Below, piece by piece: positions 13,376-22,875 of a DNA stretch of 64,000 nucleotides. The translations under genes and the position numbers were made by a program. Position 1 is the stretch's first letter. Each line of letters starts with the position of its first letter. Origin of the DNA: a virus. The notes beneath the pieces were generated by a model. The model had not been told where the DNA came from and did no database searches. It saw only the letters and a list, made by a program, of their open reading frames with translations. The DNA lies in the IMG/VR virus record IMGVR_UViG_3300045988_120893, positions 1,821 to 65,820 of that record; one strand, written 5' to 3'.

Positions 13376-13461
13376 ATAACCGATGCAAAGGCAGATTCCT
13401 ACAATGATAGGTACTGCATACTGAGTAATGAATGAAATGTCGATGGCTCATGCACCTCCTT

Positions 13462-13737
13462 TCAAATCTGGTCGTGTGCTTTCCGGTTCAAATGTTTCTC
13501 GATCTTTTCAACAGCTTCCGTGACAGGACCATTGCATCCCTGTTCTTTCAATCCTTTCAGGCAAGCAAGGATTCCGTAAGTCAGAATGCATTGCTCTTCC
13601 TTCAGGATGTCAATGTCAATGTCCTGCTGTTTCTGCTTTTGGAGCCATTGGAATAGTACAAAAACAATTCCTATGATGGTCCCTAATGCAGTAATGACAG
13701 CCGCTGCTTGTATGATTGTCTCTGTTGTAATATACAT
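13462..13737 (-). CDS. XhlA-like membrane protein of the lysis cassette
   Basis: Track ORF 13462-13755. ATG 13735-13737 after GAGGTG is preferred. One TM (AAAVITALGTIIGIVFVLF) plus a helical C-terminus. Same position as PBSX xhlA. Confidence 0.5.
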   Translation of the reverse strand: MYITTETIIQAAAVITALGTIIGIVFVLFQWLQKQKQQDIDIDILKEEQCILTYGILACLKGLKEQGCNGPVTEAVEKIEKHLNRKAHDQI

Positions 13738-13751
13738 ATTTTCCACACCTC

Positions 13752-14951
13752 TCACATACCTGATACTGCGTCAGCGATAGGAACGTATTCAACACAGTCA
13801 TCAATGTATATATTCTTATCGTTGTCAATAACAACAAGTTTCCCACCTACAGGATGTATAACAGATGCATAGCCATCATCAGGAATTGGTGCATAGTGCC
13901 ATTTCATACCGTCAGGGCTGTTATAGATGTAATATCTGTCGGCGGCAAAGAAAGCACCTTCTCCAAATTTCATGCTGTGTGTGTGTCCTCCAAGTGTTTG
14001 TGCTCCTGAATATCTCCACTGACCATGAATCGTCATGACTGTAAATTCTCCAGGATATGCACCTACGAATAATCCTTTGCCGTAAGCGGCTGAATTTGGA
14101 ACCTTTTCGTTAGAATTTAACTTCGCTTCTTTAACCTGGCTGTAAAAATTTGTTGAAGGAATAGCATAGAAAAGATAATCAATTGTTGAACTGCTTGAAA
14201 TATAATAAGTAAGTCCTACGAACATCTTTTCAATATAGTCATAGCATAATGTATGAACATATTTGTTAAACTTTTGAACGATTGTCGCTCCGTTATCTTC
14301 CGTGATATAGAAAGCTCCCGCATCCTGACTGGTACCTGATGTTTCGTTAGAAGCACCGATTGCAAATATACCGTCACCATATGCGATTGAACGTACTACA
14401 TAATTTACAGGGAGTGCCGCCCCAACAGTCCAGTTAATACCGTCAGTCGATCTTGCAATTTTCTGGTCTCCGTCTACTGTTACTTCACATATGAACACAC
14501 CGTTTCCAAAGCAAAGATTATAACCTGCGCTGAACGTCTGATTTCTTAAAGTCCAGTTCAACAAATCTGTTGAAGTATAAATATTTCCGGAACTATCAAT
14601 AACTACATGAACACCGTTACCGGATGCCATTGCATCCGCATAAAATCCAAGAGTTCCAACTTTCGTTAGTGCTGTGACAGGTTTTGGACGTTTTACTGTC
14701 TTAATAGATTCAATAATTTCAGACAGCCACTCTTCTCCATGGTTGATTTGTTCCGTTGATAATTCAGCAAGGACAGAAGGTGTCGGGTCTACAAATTCTC
14801 CTGTAGAAGAATCATAATACTTCCCAATCAAATCTCCTGAATTGAACTGTTCCTCTGAAATAGGAATCATTGTTGGTGCTGTGATAGTAGAAGCAGATGA
14901 TATCGTATTCGTTACAATATTTGAGCTGTCAATCATAGCATAATAATACAT
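13752..14951 (-). CDS. Distal tail / receptor-binding protein, beta-propeller-like
   Basis: Start at MYYYAMID (ATG 14949-14951 after AAGAGG). Recurrent G.G.F blades (GNGVFICE, GDGIFAIG, GKGLFVGA, GEGAFFAA). Confidence 0.55.
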   Translation of the reverse strand: MYYYAMIDSSNIVTNTISSASTITAPTMIPISEEQFNSGDLIGKYYDSSTGEFVDPTPSVLAELSTEQINHGEEWLSEIIESIKTVKRPKPVTALTKVGTLGFYADAMASGNGVHVVIDSSGNIYTSTDLLNWTLRNQTFSAGYNLCFGNGVFICEVTVDGDQKIARSTDGINWTVGAALPVNYVVRSIAYGDGIFAIGASNETSGTSQDAGAFYITEDNGATIVQKFNKYVHTLCYDYIEKMFVGLTYYISSSSTIDYLFYAIPSTNFYSQVKEAKLNSNEKVPNSAAYGKGLFVGAYPGEFTVMTIHGQWRYSGAQTLGGHTHSMKFGEGAFFAADRYYIYNSPDGMKWHYAPIPDDGYASVIHPVGGKLVVIDNDKNIYIDDCVEYVPIADAVSGM

Positions 14952-15020
14952 AATTACCTCTTTCTGCGTGCCATGGCTATGCACGGCACGACTTTAAAAC
15001 ACGTTTACGGTTACATTAGG

Positions 15021-15764
15021 TTATCCGAGTGCAATCCATTTCAGGTCAGTTGCAGCTCCAGTGTTAATCATGGAGAATCCTGTGTCTGTAATGGTAAAAG
15101 CGTTTGCACGTCTGGAAAGTGTGTTTCCGATTCCGTTCGCACTGTCGGAGATCTGATGTGTGGTTACACCTGTAATATCCGGGGAAACATACACACCCAT
15201 GTTGAAGTTACTCAATCCTGTGCCAAAATTGTAGACTATTACAATCTTAGGCCTGAAAGTTGTTGTTCCTTCTATCGTTGATTGAATTGTGTATTCGTTC
15301 ATGCTTCCGGTAGCCACCTGTAACCCTGTGGAAATCTGACCGATTGCAGAAGCAAGTTCTGAAAATGTCGGGTTTGACGGAATTGTAATGCTGTCATCTA
15401 CGCCAGTGATAGCATTAGCAATAGCCGTTTTACCATCACTGGCAGACTGAAAAACCTGATTGATTGCTGCCACAAGGTTATTCGGTGTATTATCTCCTAT
15501 GGAAAGACCTGTTTCATCTCCTATGAATAGGTCAAGCCTTCTGTTCCCTATCGACACCTTTTCTGCAAGCATTGTACAGTTTGCCGTTTCACTTGCGTCC
15601 TCAAACTGCTGCGTTTCAAAGTTGTATACCTTTCCGACAACGCTAGTGTCATATGAAGAAAGTGGGATATACTCATTTACATTGTAATCCGTTAATTCTT
15701 CTTCAAGCTGAATCACCTCTTCGCAAACGTGTGTTGCGGCATTAAGTATTGCGTAATAATACAT
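15021..15764 (-). CDS. Tail-fibre-region protein, hypothetical
   Basis: 247 aa. Shares the MYYYA(I/M) N-terminus with the downstream gene. Confidence 0.5.
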   Translation of the reverse strand: MYYYAILNAATHVCEEVIQLEEELTDYNVNEYIPLSSYDTSVVGKVYNFETQQFEDASETANCTMLAEKVSIGNRRLDLFIGDETGLSIGDNTPNNLVAAINQVFQSASDGKTAIANAITGVDDSITIPSNPTFSELASAIGQISTGLQVATGSMNEYTIQSTIEGTTTFRPKIVIVYNFGTGLSNFNMGVYVSPDITGVTTHQISDSANGIGNTLSRRANAFTITDTGFSMINTGAATDLKWIALG

Positions 15765-15800
15765 AAATCTACCTCATATCTTTCTTTCATGGTGTATTCG

Positions 15801-16706
15801 TTAAAATACGATTTTAATAAGGTTACTATTAATTCTTTCAATTACTCTGTAAGTATTTTTTGTGTGTTCTTTTGCTTTTGTAGATATTCCACCAGAAACA
15901 GGTCTGCAGTACCCATTAACTTCACAGGTCCCATCATCACGAACAACAAGCACTCCATTCATCCCAATAGCATCCCACTCTTTCCTATCTGATCTTGGAA
16001 TATATTTTTGAGTTGGATCATAGTCTGGATTTTGTACGAATGAGCCATTATCAACGATTAAGGAACCGTATTCATCCTTTAACCATCTTCCCTGCCAATC
16101 TTCATCTGCGTTTCCTATAACACCTGGAAACGAACTTACAGCTCCCAAAACAAAATCAGATTCTGTAATATCTTTGTCAATCAGCTTTATTTTTTCGCCA
16201 TCCAGTGTTACAAAGTACCCTCTTCTGTCCTCTCCTGTTGGATTCCCATCTAACCATTCGAAATACTCCGCATAATCCGCACCGGATGTAGAGTATTCTC
16301 CCATAATAAATAGATTTCCGTTTGTTCTAAGTCGGAGTGCGTTTGACCTACTTGTTTCGGATGTTCCATTTCCTACTGCGAACAAATCACCTACAGAGGT
16401 GCTGTCTTCTACAGAACCAGTAATATTGCTGTCATTCGCCCATTTCCCAAAGATCGTGTTGAAATGCTTCGCAAGGTTTCCTTTCCCATAGGCAGCAGAA
16501 TAATTTCCGTTTGCTTCAGATTCGGAATCCACAGCCTGAACAGAGCCTGTTCCGGCACCTTTCACAGAACCTACTTTTGCAAGATCGTTTTCTACTGTCG
16601 ATTCGTTGCTATCTCCTGTGAATACGGCAGCCGCATGTGTTATTGGGAAAAACCTTTCTTTTGTTTCTGTTGATTTGTTAAGAAGTTTCAGCCATTTCAA
16701 AGACAT
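15801..16706 (-). CDS. Tail fibre/appendage protein with Peptidase_G2-like intramolecular-chaperone domain
   Basis: 301 aa. NALRLRTNGNLFIMGEYSTSGADYAEYFEWLDGNPTGEDRRGYFVTLDGEKIKL matches the remembered ..GADYAEyFEW.DGN..EDR.G.FVTLdG.KI motif. Confidence 0.6.
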   Translation of the reverse strand: MSLKWLKLLNKSTETKERFFPITHAAAVFTGDSNESTVENDLAKVGSVKGAGTGSVQAVDSESEANGNYSAAYGKGNLAKHFNTIFGKWANDSNITGSVEDSTSVGDLFAVGNGTSETSRSNALRLRTNGNLFIMGEYSTSGADYAEYFEWLDGNPTGEDRRGYFVTLDGEKIKLIDKDITESDFVLGAVSSFPGVIGNADEDWQGRWLKDEYGSLIVDNGSFVQNPDYDPTQKYIPRSDRKEWDAIGMNGVLVVRDDGTCEVNGYCRPVSGGISTKAKEHTKNTYRVIERINSNLIKIVF

Positions 16707-16807
16707 GTCTTATCTCCTTTCTTTGTTCACTATTGAGCAATCACCTCCCAATAGTATTATATTACAATATCAGGTAATTGTATTCCCTTTTTGAAAATTT
16801 TTCCACT

Positions 16808-17419
16808 TTACAATATCCTAAACTCTACATAGGTTCCACTTGGCAGTTTTGAATCAAATGTAACTACTATTGCAGATGCGGAATACTGTACGATTGATTC
16901 TATGTTGATGGAACTATTGCCGCAACATTTAATAAACCTGAAACTGTTTCCACCCATGTACGAACAGACAAACTTATCTGCATAAATATCCGTATGGTCA
17001 AAAGAAACTACAGTGATTTCAAACGGGTCTGTAGTTCCTCCTTCGAATGATATTCCTACAGAAATTGTGTCTACGTCTGTATGTAATAATGTCGGGTCTT
17101 TCTTCTGTAATTCTGATAGCAGGTTATTTACCTCTGATTTTGTGTAAACATCTGTGGATTCCGCTTTATTTGTGTTTAGAAGGTTGTAATTTGCTGTTTC
17201 CTGCTCAGAAACGGCATTGATTTTTGCGAGGATAACAGGGGAAATTTCAGCTTCCGTGCTTGCCGACTGGTCGTAATCTTCCGTATCCAAAAGCACTTCA
17301 TCAAGCGTTGTTCCGTTCTGGTAATCTGTATACACCGTCTTTGCATGAGCAAAGGCAAAGACCTTAGTGTATACGTCATTGATTTTTTTCTTTACCCATC
17401 CGGTTTTATAAGATGCCAT
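16808..17419 (-). CDS. Tail-fibre-like protein sharing a module with 19612-20466
   Basis: 203 aa. TEDYDQSASTEAEISPVILAKINAVSEQETANYNLLNTNKAESTDVYTKSEVNNLL is nearly identical to aa 42-97 of the 284-aa fibre. Confidence 0.6.
   Translation of the reverse strand: MASYKTGWVKKKINDVYTKVFAFAHAKTVYTDYQNGTTLDEVLLDTEDYDQSASTEAEISPVILAKINAVSEQETANYNLLNTNKAESTDVYTKSEVNNLLSELQKKDPTLLHTDVDTISVGISFEGGTTDPFEITVVSFDHTDIYADKFVCSYMGGNSFRFIKCCGNSSINIESIVQYSASAIVVTFDSKLPSGTYVEFRIL
17121..17287. repeat. 167-nt direct repeat, copy 1 (partner 20183-20349)
   Basis: Hand alignment to 20183-20349 shows the same length with only about a dozen mismatches. Confidence 0.85.
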
Positions 17420-17451
17420 GGTACCTCCTGTTCTGTGATGTCATGTCACGT

Positions 17452-17583
17452 TTACTTATAATCTTTTCCTGTGATTTCCTTGTATTGCTCTTTTGTAATA
17501 AGGCCTTTTTTAACCGCAATCTTAACAAGAACAATATTCCAGAGTCCTTTTTCATAATTCGACTTAATTGTTTCAAAATCCAT
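17452..17583 (-). CDS. XkdX-family small protein
   Basis: 43 aa, below the track cutoff. Own translation MDFETIKSNYEKGLWNIVLVKIAVKKGLITKEQYKEITGKDYK matches the XkdX pattern (..W....V...V.KG.IT.E.Y..ITG..Y). Confidence 0.65.
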   Translation of the reverse strand: MDFETIKSNYEKGLWNIVLVKIAVKKGLITKEQYKEITGKDYK

Positions 17584-17584
17584 A

Positions 17585-17965
17585 TTAGATCACCTCGCTT
17601 TCTTCATCAGGAAGTGCCATCATTACCTGTGCTTCCAGCGCAGCCGCAATCCGTTCTTCGGCTGTCACAGATTCCTCTTCCTTCGGTTTGTTCATTTCAT
17701 CTTCGAATGCCTCGATTGCGTCAAGGTGCTCCTGCTGTGTTGTGCATCCTGTGAAGTCACATCCCATCTTTTCATACATGTCAATGAATGATGTGTACTC
17801 CGTGCAGAATGAGCCGTTGATTTTACCTCCGCCGATTACAAGGTTAAGTCCATCCAGCTTCGCCATCGGGTACTTGTCTGCCCATTCTTCGGCTGTATAG
17901 ACTTTCCCTGTCGGTACGATAACCGGACTTACTTCGTCCCATATTTGATATTTTTTGTATAGCAT
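17585..17965 (-). CDS. Hypothetical protein in XkdW position
   Basis: 126-aa ORF immediately upstream of the XkdX-like gene. Confidence 0.5.
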   Translation of the reverse strand: MLYKKYQIWDEVSPVIVPTGKVYTAEEWADKYPMAKLDGLNLVIGGGKINGSFCTEYTSFIDMYEKMGCDFTGCTTQQEHLDAIEAFEDEMNKPKEEESVTAEERIAAALEAQVMMALPDEESEVI

Positions 17966-17983
17966 TTAAAAAAAACTCCTTTC

Positions 17984-19600
17984 TTATTTTACTTCAACTA
18001 CAAGGGTTGGAAATGTGTATCCACTTACATTAGAAATTAATGGAAAAATCAAATAACTATCATCTACAATTCCTATACCACTATCTGGAAAATATCCGTA
18101 TTCTGATTTCCATTCTAAATTCATTGTTCCAGAGTATGTGATTCCATCTTCTAATATTGACATTAAATAATCTGTCGTTTCATCTTCATTTTTCACACCA
18201 TATGTACATAACGCAAGATTTTTAATCGGTCTATGTGTGCAACCTCCTTTTGCGATAATTCGTCCGAAAGACGTTTGGGTTAAATCAATATCGTACGAAA
18301 CAGTTTCATCCGTTGCATATACAACCGTGTATTCTCCAAATTCACATGAATTACTATCATTAGTGTTCGAACCTATAATTAGGTTTCCGGCTGAAATTTT
18401 GGTTAAATCTGAACTGTATGCCTCTACTTGATAAGTTTCTTTCCCCTCATAAGACTGACCCCCAACATATACAGCATATTCTCCAACACAGAATGCATTA
18501 ATATTCATTTTTGCAACGGAAAGTGATGCAAGTGTTGTCTTTGTAAATGTATCATTAGAAAATCCTTCTACGCTAGTTGTACATATTCCTGTTGTACTCC
18601 ATCCTATTAATCCACCTGCACATATTGAATGCGTTGGCGATGATGTTGAAGATCCATGCGATCTTTTTTTCGACAAAGATGTCAGAGACGATTTTGTTAA
18701 GTCATTATTGTATTTTTCTACAGTAGTTATTTGATCACTACATTTGCTTCCTCCAATAAATATTGTAGCTGTACCATCATGCAGCGATGCGGCAGAATTA
18801 ATTCTTTGTCTTACGTCGGATAAATTAGGTGCAGAAGCCCTTGTCAAATCCTTATCTATTGCATCAACTATATTAGTTACATCAGACTGAATGTTTGTAT
18901 ATAAACCTCCGCCTGCGAAAAGAACGTAATCTTGTACATAACCCCTGCTACCCCATGCATGATTCGCAGACGACAAGCCTGTTAGATATCCATTTAATTT
19001 CACTTCCGCCCTGGAACTGTAAGCAAGTTTCGCTTTTTCTCCTACTCCTACATATGCTCTCCATATTTTTTTCGCAAGTTCTTTTTCTTCATACCCAACA
19101 AGAACTTCCTGAAATGTATCATGCACAAGATTGCTGAATGTACATATGTCACTGTTGGAATTAACCGAACTGTCTTTAGCATATTTGAACGTTATAGAAT
19201 CCCCAGCACTCATGTCATAACTGAGAGAACCGCTTGTTACGCCACTTACCGCATTAACCCTTGTAGTTGTCGTACCGCCTATTGTCGTTGTAATCGTCAG
19301 TTTGTCATAGTTTGACTCACTGCTGCACGTATAATTGAAGGATACCTTCCCATCAGATTTCAGTGTGAGAACCGTCTGGGCTGTAGACGAATTTACTGCC
19401 TTGTTGTTAGATGTCCAAGTGCCGGAACTTCCAGCAAAGTAATATGTGCTGTTCGTAACATTGAAGTATTCTCCAATATTGTCTACCGTGATGGTTACTT
19501 TTTCTCCTGTTGTCTCGTATATTGGAACTCTTGTTGGAACTCCGACATATCCTTTCAATATCTTCTTAGCTTTTCCATTTACACCTATATATGCTCCCAT
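17984..19600 (-). CDS. Large tail fibre / receptor-binding protein
   Basis: 538 aa, S/T/G/N-rich beta-type composition, AT-richer than neighbours. Sits between the two fibre-module copies. Confidence 0.55.
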   Translation of the reverse strand: MGAYIGVNGKAKKILKGYVGVPTRVPIYETTGEKVTITVDNIGEYFNVTNSTYYFAGSSGTWTSNNKAVNSSTAQTVLTLKSDGKVSFNYTCSSESNYDKLTITTTIGGTTTTRVNAVSGVTSGSLSYDMSAGDSITFKYAKDSSVNSNSDICTFSNLVHDTFQEVLVGYEEKELAKKIWRAYVGVGEKAKLAYSSRAEVKLNGYLTGLSSANHAWGSRGYVQDYVLFAGGGLYTNIQSDVTNIVDAIDKDLTRASAPNLSDVRQRINSAASLHDGTATIFIGGSKCSDQITTVEKYNNDLTKSSLTSLSKKRSHGSSTSSPTHSICAGGLIGWSTTGICTTSVEGFSNDTFTKTTLASLSVAKMNINAFCVGEYAVYVGGQSYEGKETYQVEAYSSDLTKISAGNLIIGSNTNDSNSCEFGEYTVVYATDETVSYDIDLTQTSFGRIIAKGGCTHRPIKNLALCTYGVKNEDETTDYLMSILEDGITYSGTMNLEWKSEYGYFPDSGIGIVDDSYLIFPLISNVSGYTFPTLVVEVK

Positions 19601-19611
19601 GCTTCCACCGC

Positions 19612-20466
19612 CTATTCCACATAAACGAAGTACAGGGCACCATCAGCAAGCTCCGATTCTCCGGCAACAAGGTCATCCGTTCCATAGGATATATTTGCTG
19701 TGCTTCCTGCTCCTGATGAATCACGAAGGTAACATTCTTCGAATCCATTCACGGGCTCATAATCCGTTAGTGTGTCAACATCAACGGTTGTGATGTTGAA
19801 TGTCCCTCCTCCTGATGAACCGCTTCCTTTTAGGTATTTAGCTCCCGTATCCGTCATTCCAATCACATACATTGTGTTATTGTCATTTTCATCAATTTCT
19901 AATTTAATAAATACATTTGATGTTATTCCTGACACGTTGAAATCAATGGAGATACTGACATTATCTATTGTTAAATAATAAAAAAGTGAACCCTCACTAA
20001 TATGTACAGGGAAGTAATACGTCCCCTTTGTGTATGCATTATATCCTTTGTTTGATAACCTTATCATCATATCGTTTTGAAGAATATATCCGCTCCCACC
20101 GCCTTGATAATTGTAGTCAACACTTCCGCAAAAAATATAGTTATCATTGATCGGCAATACAGAACTTCCACCAGAAGCCACCAGGTTATTTACCTCTGAT
20201 TTTGTGTAAACATCTGTGGATTCCGCTTTATTCGTGTTTAGAAGGTTGTAGTTTGATGTCACCTGTTCAGAAACGGCATTGATTTTTGCGAGGATAACAG
20301 GGGAAATTTCAGCTTCCGTGCTTGCTGTCTGGTCGTAATCTTCCGTATCTACCATAGATTCAAACTCTTCATCTATCAGGTCCATATTATTATTGATAAC
20401 GGATATGTCTGGTGCGTCAGAATCGGAAGGCTTAGTAAGTCCAAGATTTGTTGTCTGTGTTGCCAC
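19612..20466 (-). CDS. Tail fibre protein (XkdV-like N-terminus)
   Basis: 284 aa, GTG start after GAAAGGAG. N-terminus MATQTTNLGLTKPSDSDAPDISVINNNMDLIDEEF is typical of a prophage fibre N-terminus. Confidence 0.65.
   Translation of the reverse strand: MATQTTNLGLTKPSDSDAPDISVINNNMDLIDEEFESMVDTEDYDQTASTEAEISPVILAKINAVSEQVTSNYNLLNTNKAESTDVYTKSEVNNLVASGGSSVLPINDNYIFCGSVDYNYQGGGSGYILQNDMMIRLSNKGYNAYTKGTYYFPVHISEGSLFYYLTIDNVSISIDFNVSGITSNVFIKLEIDENDNNTMYVIGMTDTGAKYLKGSGSSGGGTFNITTVDVDTLTDYEPVNGFEECYLRDSSGAGSTANISYGTDDLVAGESELADGALYFVYVE
20183..20349. repeat. 167-nt direct repeat, copy 2 (partner 17121-17287)
   Basis: See copy 1. Confidence 0.85.
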
Positions 20467-20470
20467 TTAA

Positions 20471-20644
20471 TCAACTCCTTTCTACCAAAGAGCCCCATGT
20501 TTTTTCTGTTTTTAACGTGTTCCACGTATAGTTTTTCTTCAAGTAGTCCCACGTTACCAGGGAAACAGTCAATTTGAACTGTTCCCCTGTATTCACTGGG
20601 TTTTTACTTAATTTAATTTCTTCGATCTTGTGTATCGCAGCCAT
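20471..20644 (-). CDS. Small Ig-like-unit protein, hypothetical
   Basis: 57 aa, below the track cutoff. Own translation MAAIHKIEEIKLSKNPVNTGEQFKLTVSLVTWDYLKKNYTWNTLKTEKTWGSLVERS resembles the last unit of the upstream protein (IQIVPNPVDTGKTFTISVTV). Confidence 0.45.
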   Translation of the reverse strand: MAAIHKIEEIKLSKNPVNTGEQFKLTVSLVTWDYLKKNYTWNTLKTEKTWGSLVERS

Positions 20645-20657
20645 GATTCATACCTCA

Positions 20658-21554
20658 TCAATCGTCATCTGTTACAGTTACGGAGATAGTGAAGGTCTTA
20701 CCTGTATCAACAGGATTAGGAACGATCTGAATGTATGTGATGACAGGGGCTGATGTGCTCATTCGTACCGTTCTTGTTACTGTTGATGATTTCCCTGCTG
20801 AATCCGTTGAAACAATCGTGATTGTATTAATTCCGGAAGTAAGATTAACAACCTTAGAGAAGGAACCGTCAGAATTTACGGTTGTTGTCTCTCCGTTGAT
20901 GGTAAGTGTTACCGGGGAAGATGTGACATCATTCGTTGTACCTGTCACAGTAACCGTTGACTTATTCGTGACAAGTCCTTCTGTCGGGTTTGTAACCGTA
21001 AGAACCGGTGGAACGGTATCTACAGTGAATGTTGTCGCACTTGTTTCTTTTTCGTTCCCATCGTTGTCAGATGCGTGTATCGTCAAGCTGTGTTCTCCAT
21101 CCGTAAGATAGCTTGACGGAGTGAATGAGCAGCTATAACCGTTAGTGATTGCTGTTTTCGTGATTCCTGATGTATAGGTGGTATCATCAATTTTCACAGA
21201 GATAGAATCCGGATCCACTCCTGAATGGCTGTCTAAAACAGTGAATTTGATTTCCGGTGTGTTATTTGTGATGGTAGATCCAGATGTCGGGCTTGTCAGA
21301 TTGATTGTCGGGGCTACTGTTTCTTTTACTACCAATTTCAGTTTTTCCCCGAATGTGCTGTCTGTCGTTGTTATTGTTGTTGTGTTTCCGGCATCATCCT
21401 CAGCTGTAATCGTTACTGGGTAATAATGCCCCGATTGTGTGTAAGATGTTTCTGAAGGTGCCGTTATGGTAGCTTCATACTTACCTGTATCGCTGTTAAG
21501 CACAAGTGTATGAGTTTGTCCGTTTATGATTGCACTTACTGTTTTTACTGCCAT
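20658..21554 (-). CDS. Ig-like-repeat structural protein
   Basis: 298 aa, T-rich, with repeated beta-sandwich-like units (TITAEDDAGNTTTI, LTIHASDNDGNEKETSATTFTVD, ITIVSTDSAGKSSTVTRTV). Confidence 0.6.
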   Translation of the reverse strand: MAVKTVSAIINGQTHTLVLNSDTGKYEATITAPSETSYTQSGHYYPVTITAEDDAGNTTTITTTDSTFGEKLKLVVKETVAPTINLTSPTSGSTITNNTPEIKFTVLDSHSGVDPDSISVKIDDTTYTSGITKTAITNGYSCSFTPSSYLTDGEHSLTIHASDNDGNEKETSATTFTVDTVPPVLTVTNPTEGLVTNKSTVTVTGTTNDVTSSPVTLTINGETTTVNSDGSFSKVVNLTSGINTITIVSTDSAGKSSTVTRTVRMSTSAPVITYIQIVPNPVDTGKTFTISVTVTDDD

Positions 21555-21570
21555 ACAATTTTTCTCCTTT

Positions 21571-22074
21571 CTATTCCGTTATGTCTGTACCTAATTCAAC
21601 TGTATCGTCTATCATGTCCAGAACCGCTCCAATGGTAACGAATCCGCTTGTGTTCAGATTGATTTCAATTTCTGCATCCGTTGAATTTTCGAATGTTGAT
21701 GTAAATTCCACAAGATACCCAGGAGAATCTGTATTTGACGGTATAGGCTTTGACACATCCGACTGTGCAATCGCAAATAATATTTCTCCTTCCTGTGGAT
21801 CTGTCGCATAGAACCCAAGCTGATACAGATTATATCCGTCTGAAAGAGAAGTATTATCCAGCAAAGATTTAATGCTGAATCTATTTTCACTTACTTTTAC
21901 CTCTTCCATGGACAGTGTTTGTTCGATACTGGTTACATAAGTCTGGTCTTTCAAATTTACGACCGGTACAGTTCCGGAACCGGAAACGCATTTCGTAAAT
22001 GATATTGTTGCACCAGATACGGTTTTTGCTTCAAGCGCAAGGCCTTTGTTTGTTTTTGTGCAGGACCAAGCCAT
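21571..22074 (-). CDS. Tail-collar-fibre-like protein
   Basis: 167 aa. TNKGLALEAKTVSGATISFTK..GSGTVP..LYQLGFYATDPQEGEILFAIAQ resembles the tail-collar fibre N-domain pattern. Confidence 0.45.
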   Translation of the reverse strand: MAWSCTKTNKGLALEAKTVSGATISFTKCVSGSGTVPVVNLKDQTYVTSIEQTLSMEEVKVSENRFSIKSLLDNTSLSDGYNLYQLGFYATDPQEGEILFAIAQSDVSKPIPSNTDSPGYLVEFTSTFENSTDAEIEINLNTSGFVTIGAVLDMIDDTVELGTDITE

Positions 22075-22865
22075 TAGTTCATCACCTCCAGGTTGATTTT
22101 TTCATATTCATGCAGCCCAAAGCCTGAATATGATTGAGATGCAATGCTTTCCGTCTCAGCCGTCCTTATAACGTAATTCAGGTGTGCGGGAAGTTTCCTG
22201 TCCAGTTCTTCTTTCAAAACTGACAGATTCGATATATAACCATGAATATTGATTGTAATTGTATTCGTGGAAGCATTTTCCTGAATGTCGCTTTCTTTCC
22301 CGGTATAAGCATAAACTATCTGTCTTATCCTGTAAGGGGTTATCGGCTTATTCTTATACATGATTGACATTAAGGATTGTCTTCTCTGCTGTATCGTCTT
22401 TCTTTCATCAGGTGTGATTCCGTATTCATCTTCCCAGAGCCTTATTCCCCATGTGACTGTCTGTGGGAACATCTGTGATATGAAATCACCATCAGCAAAT
22501 CCAAGATCATAAGATAGTGTCTTTCCGATTGCTTCAAATACATAAAGTGACAGCTTCGACCTGTCGTAAACCGGTGCAACCGTATCAAGCATCCTGTTTC
22601 CAAGCTCATTTGTCAAAATTTTCTGTCTTACATCTTCGGTATTTCCATCAGATACACGAACTTTCAGCATAAGTGTGTCCTTAAAACGAATATCTGAGGA
22701 ATCAACGACAACTGTGTTTCCTGAATCGTCTGTAGCAGTAATGGACACATTATAGTTTGCTGAATTATTAGGTGCAGGTATAGACCTGCTGAATTTAGTC
22801 TCACTTTCTTTTTCAAGATTATACTGTTTGCCATTTACTTTTGCATTAACTTCCGTGACCGACAT
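22074..22865 (-). CDS. XkdU-like baseplate/tail protein (DUF2313-type)
   Basis: 263 aa. Ig-like N-extension then TVTWGIRLWEDEYGITPDERKTIQQRRQSLMS, typical of DUF2313. Confidence 0.6.
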   Translation of the reverse strand: MSVTEVNAKVNGKQYNLEKESETKFSRSIPAPNNSANYNVSITATDDSGNTVVVDSSDIRFKDTLMLKVRVSDGNTEDVRQKILTNELGNRMLDTVAPVYDRSKLSLYVFEAIGKTLSYDLGFADGDFISQMFPQTVTWGIRLWEDEYGITPDERKTIQQRRQSLMSIMYKNKPITPYRIRQIVYAYTGKESDIQENASTNTITINIHGYISNLSVLKEELDRKLPAHLNYVIRTAETESIASQSYSGFGLHEYEKINLEVMN

Positions 22866-22875
22866 GATACACCCC

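Noticed and set aside
13616-13846. 76-aa minus ORF and plus ORFs 13432-13656 and 13586-13780 in the lysis region
   Set aside because: They overlap the better-supported XhlA-like and fibre genes in other frames and have no RBS.
16808-22074. Diversity-generating retroelement acting on the fibre genes
   Set aside because: No reverse transcriptase ORF and no template/variable repeat pair with adenine-specific differences was seen. The 167-nt repeats differ by mixed substitutions.
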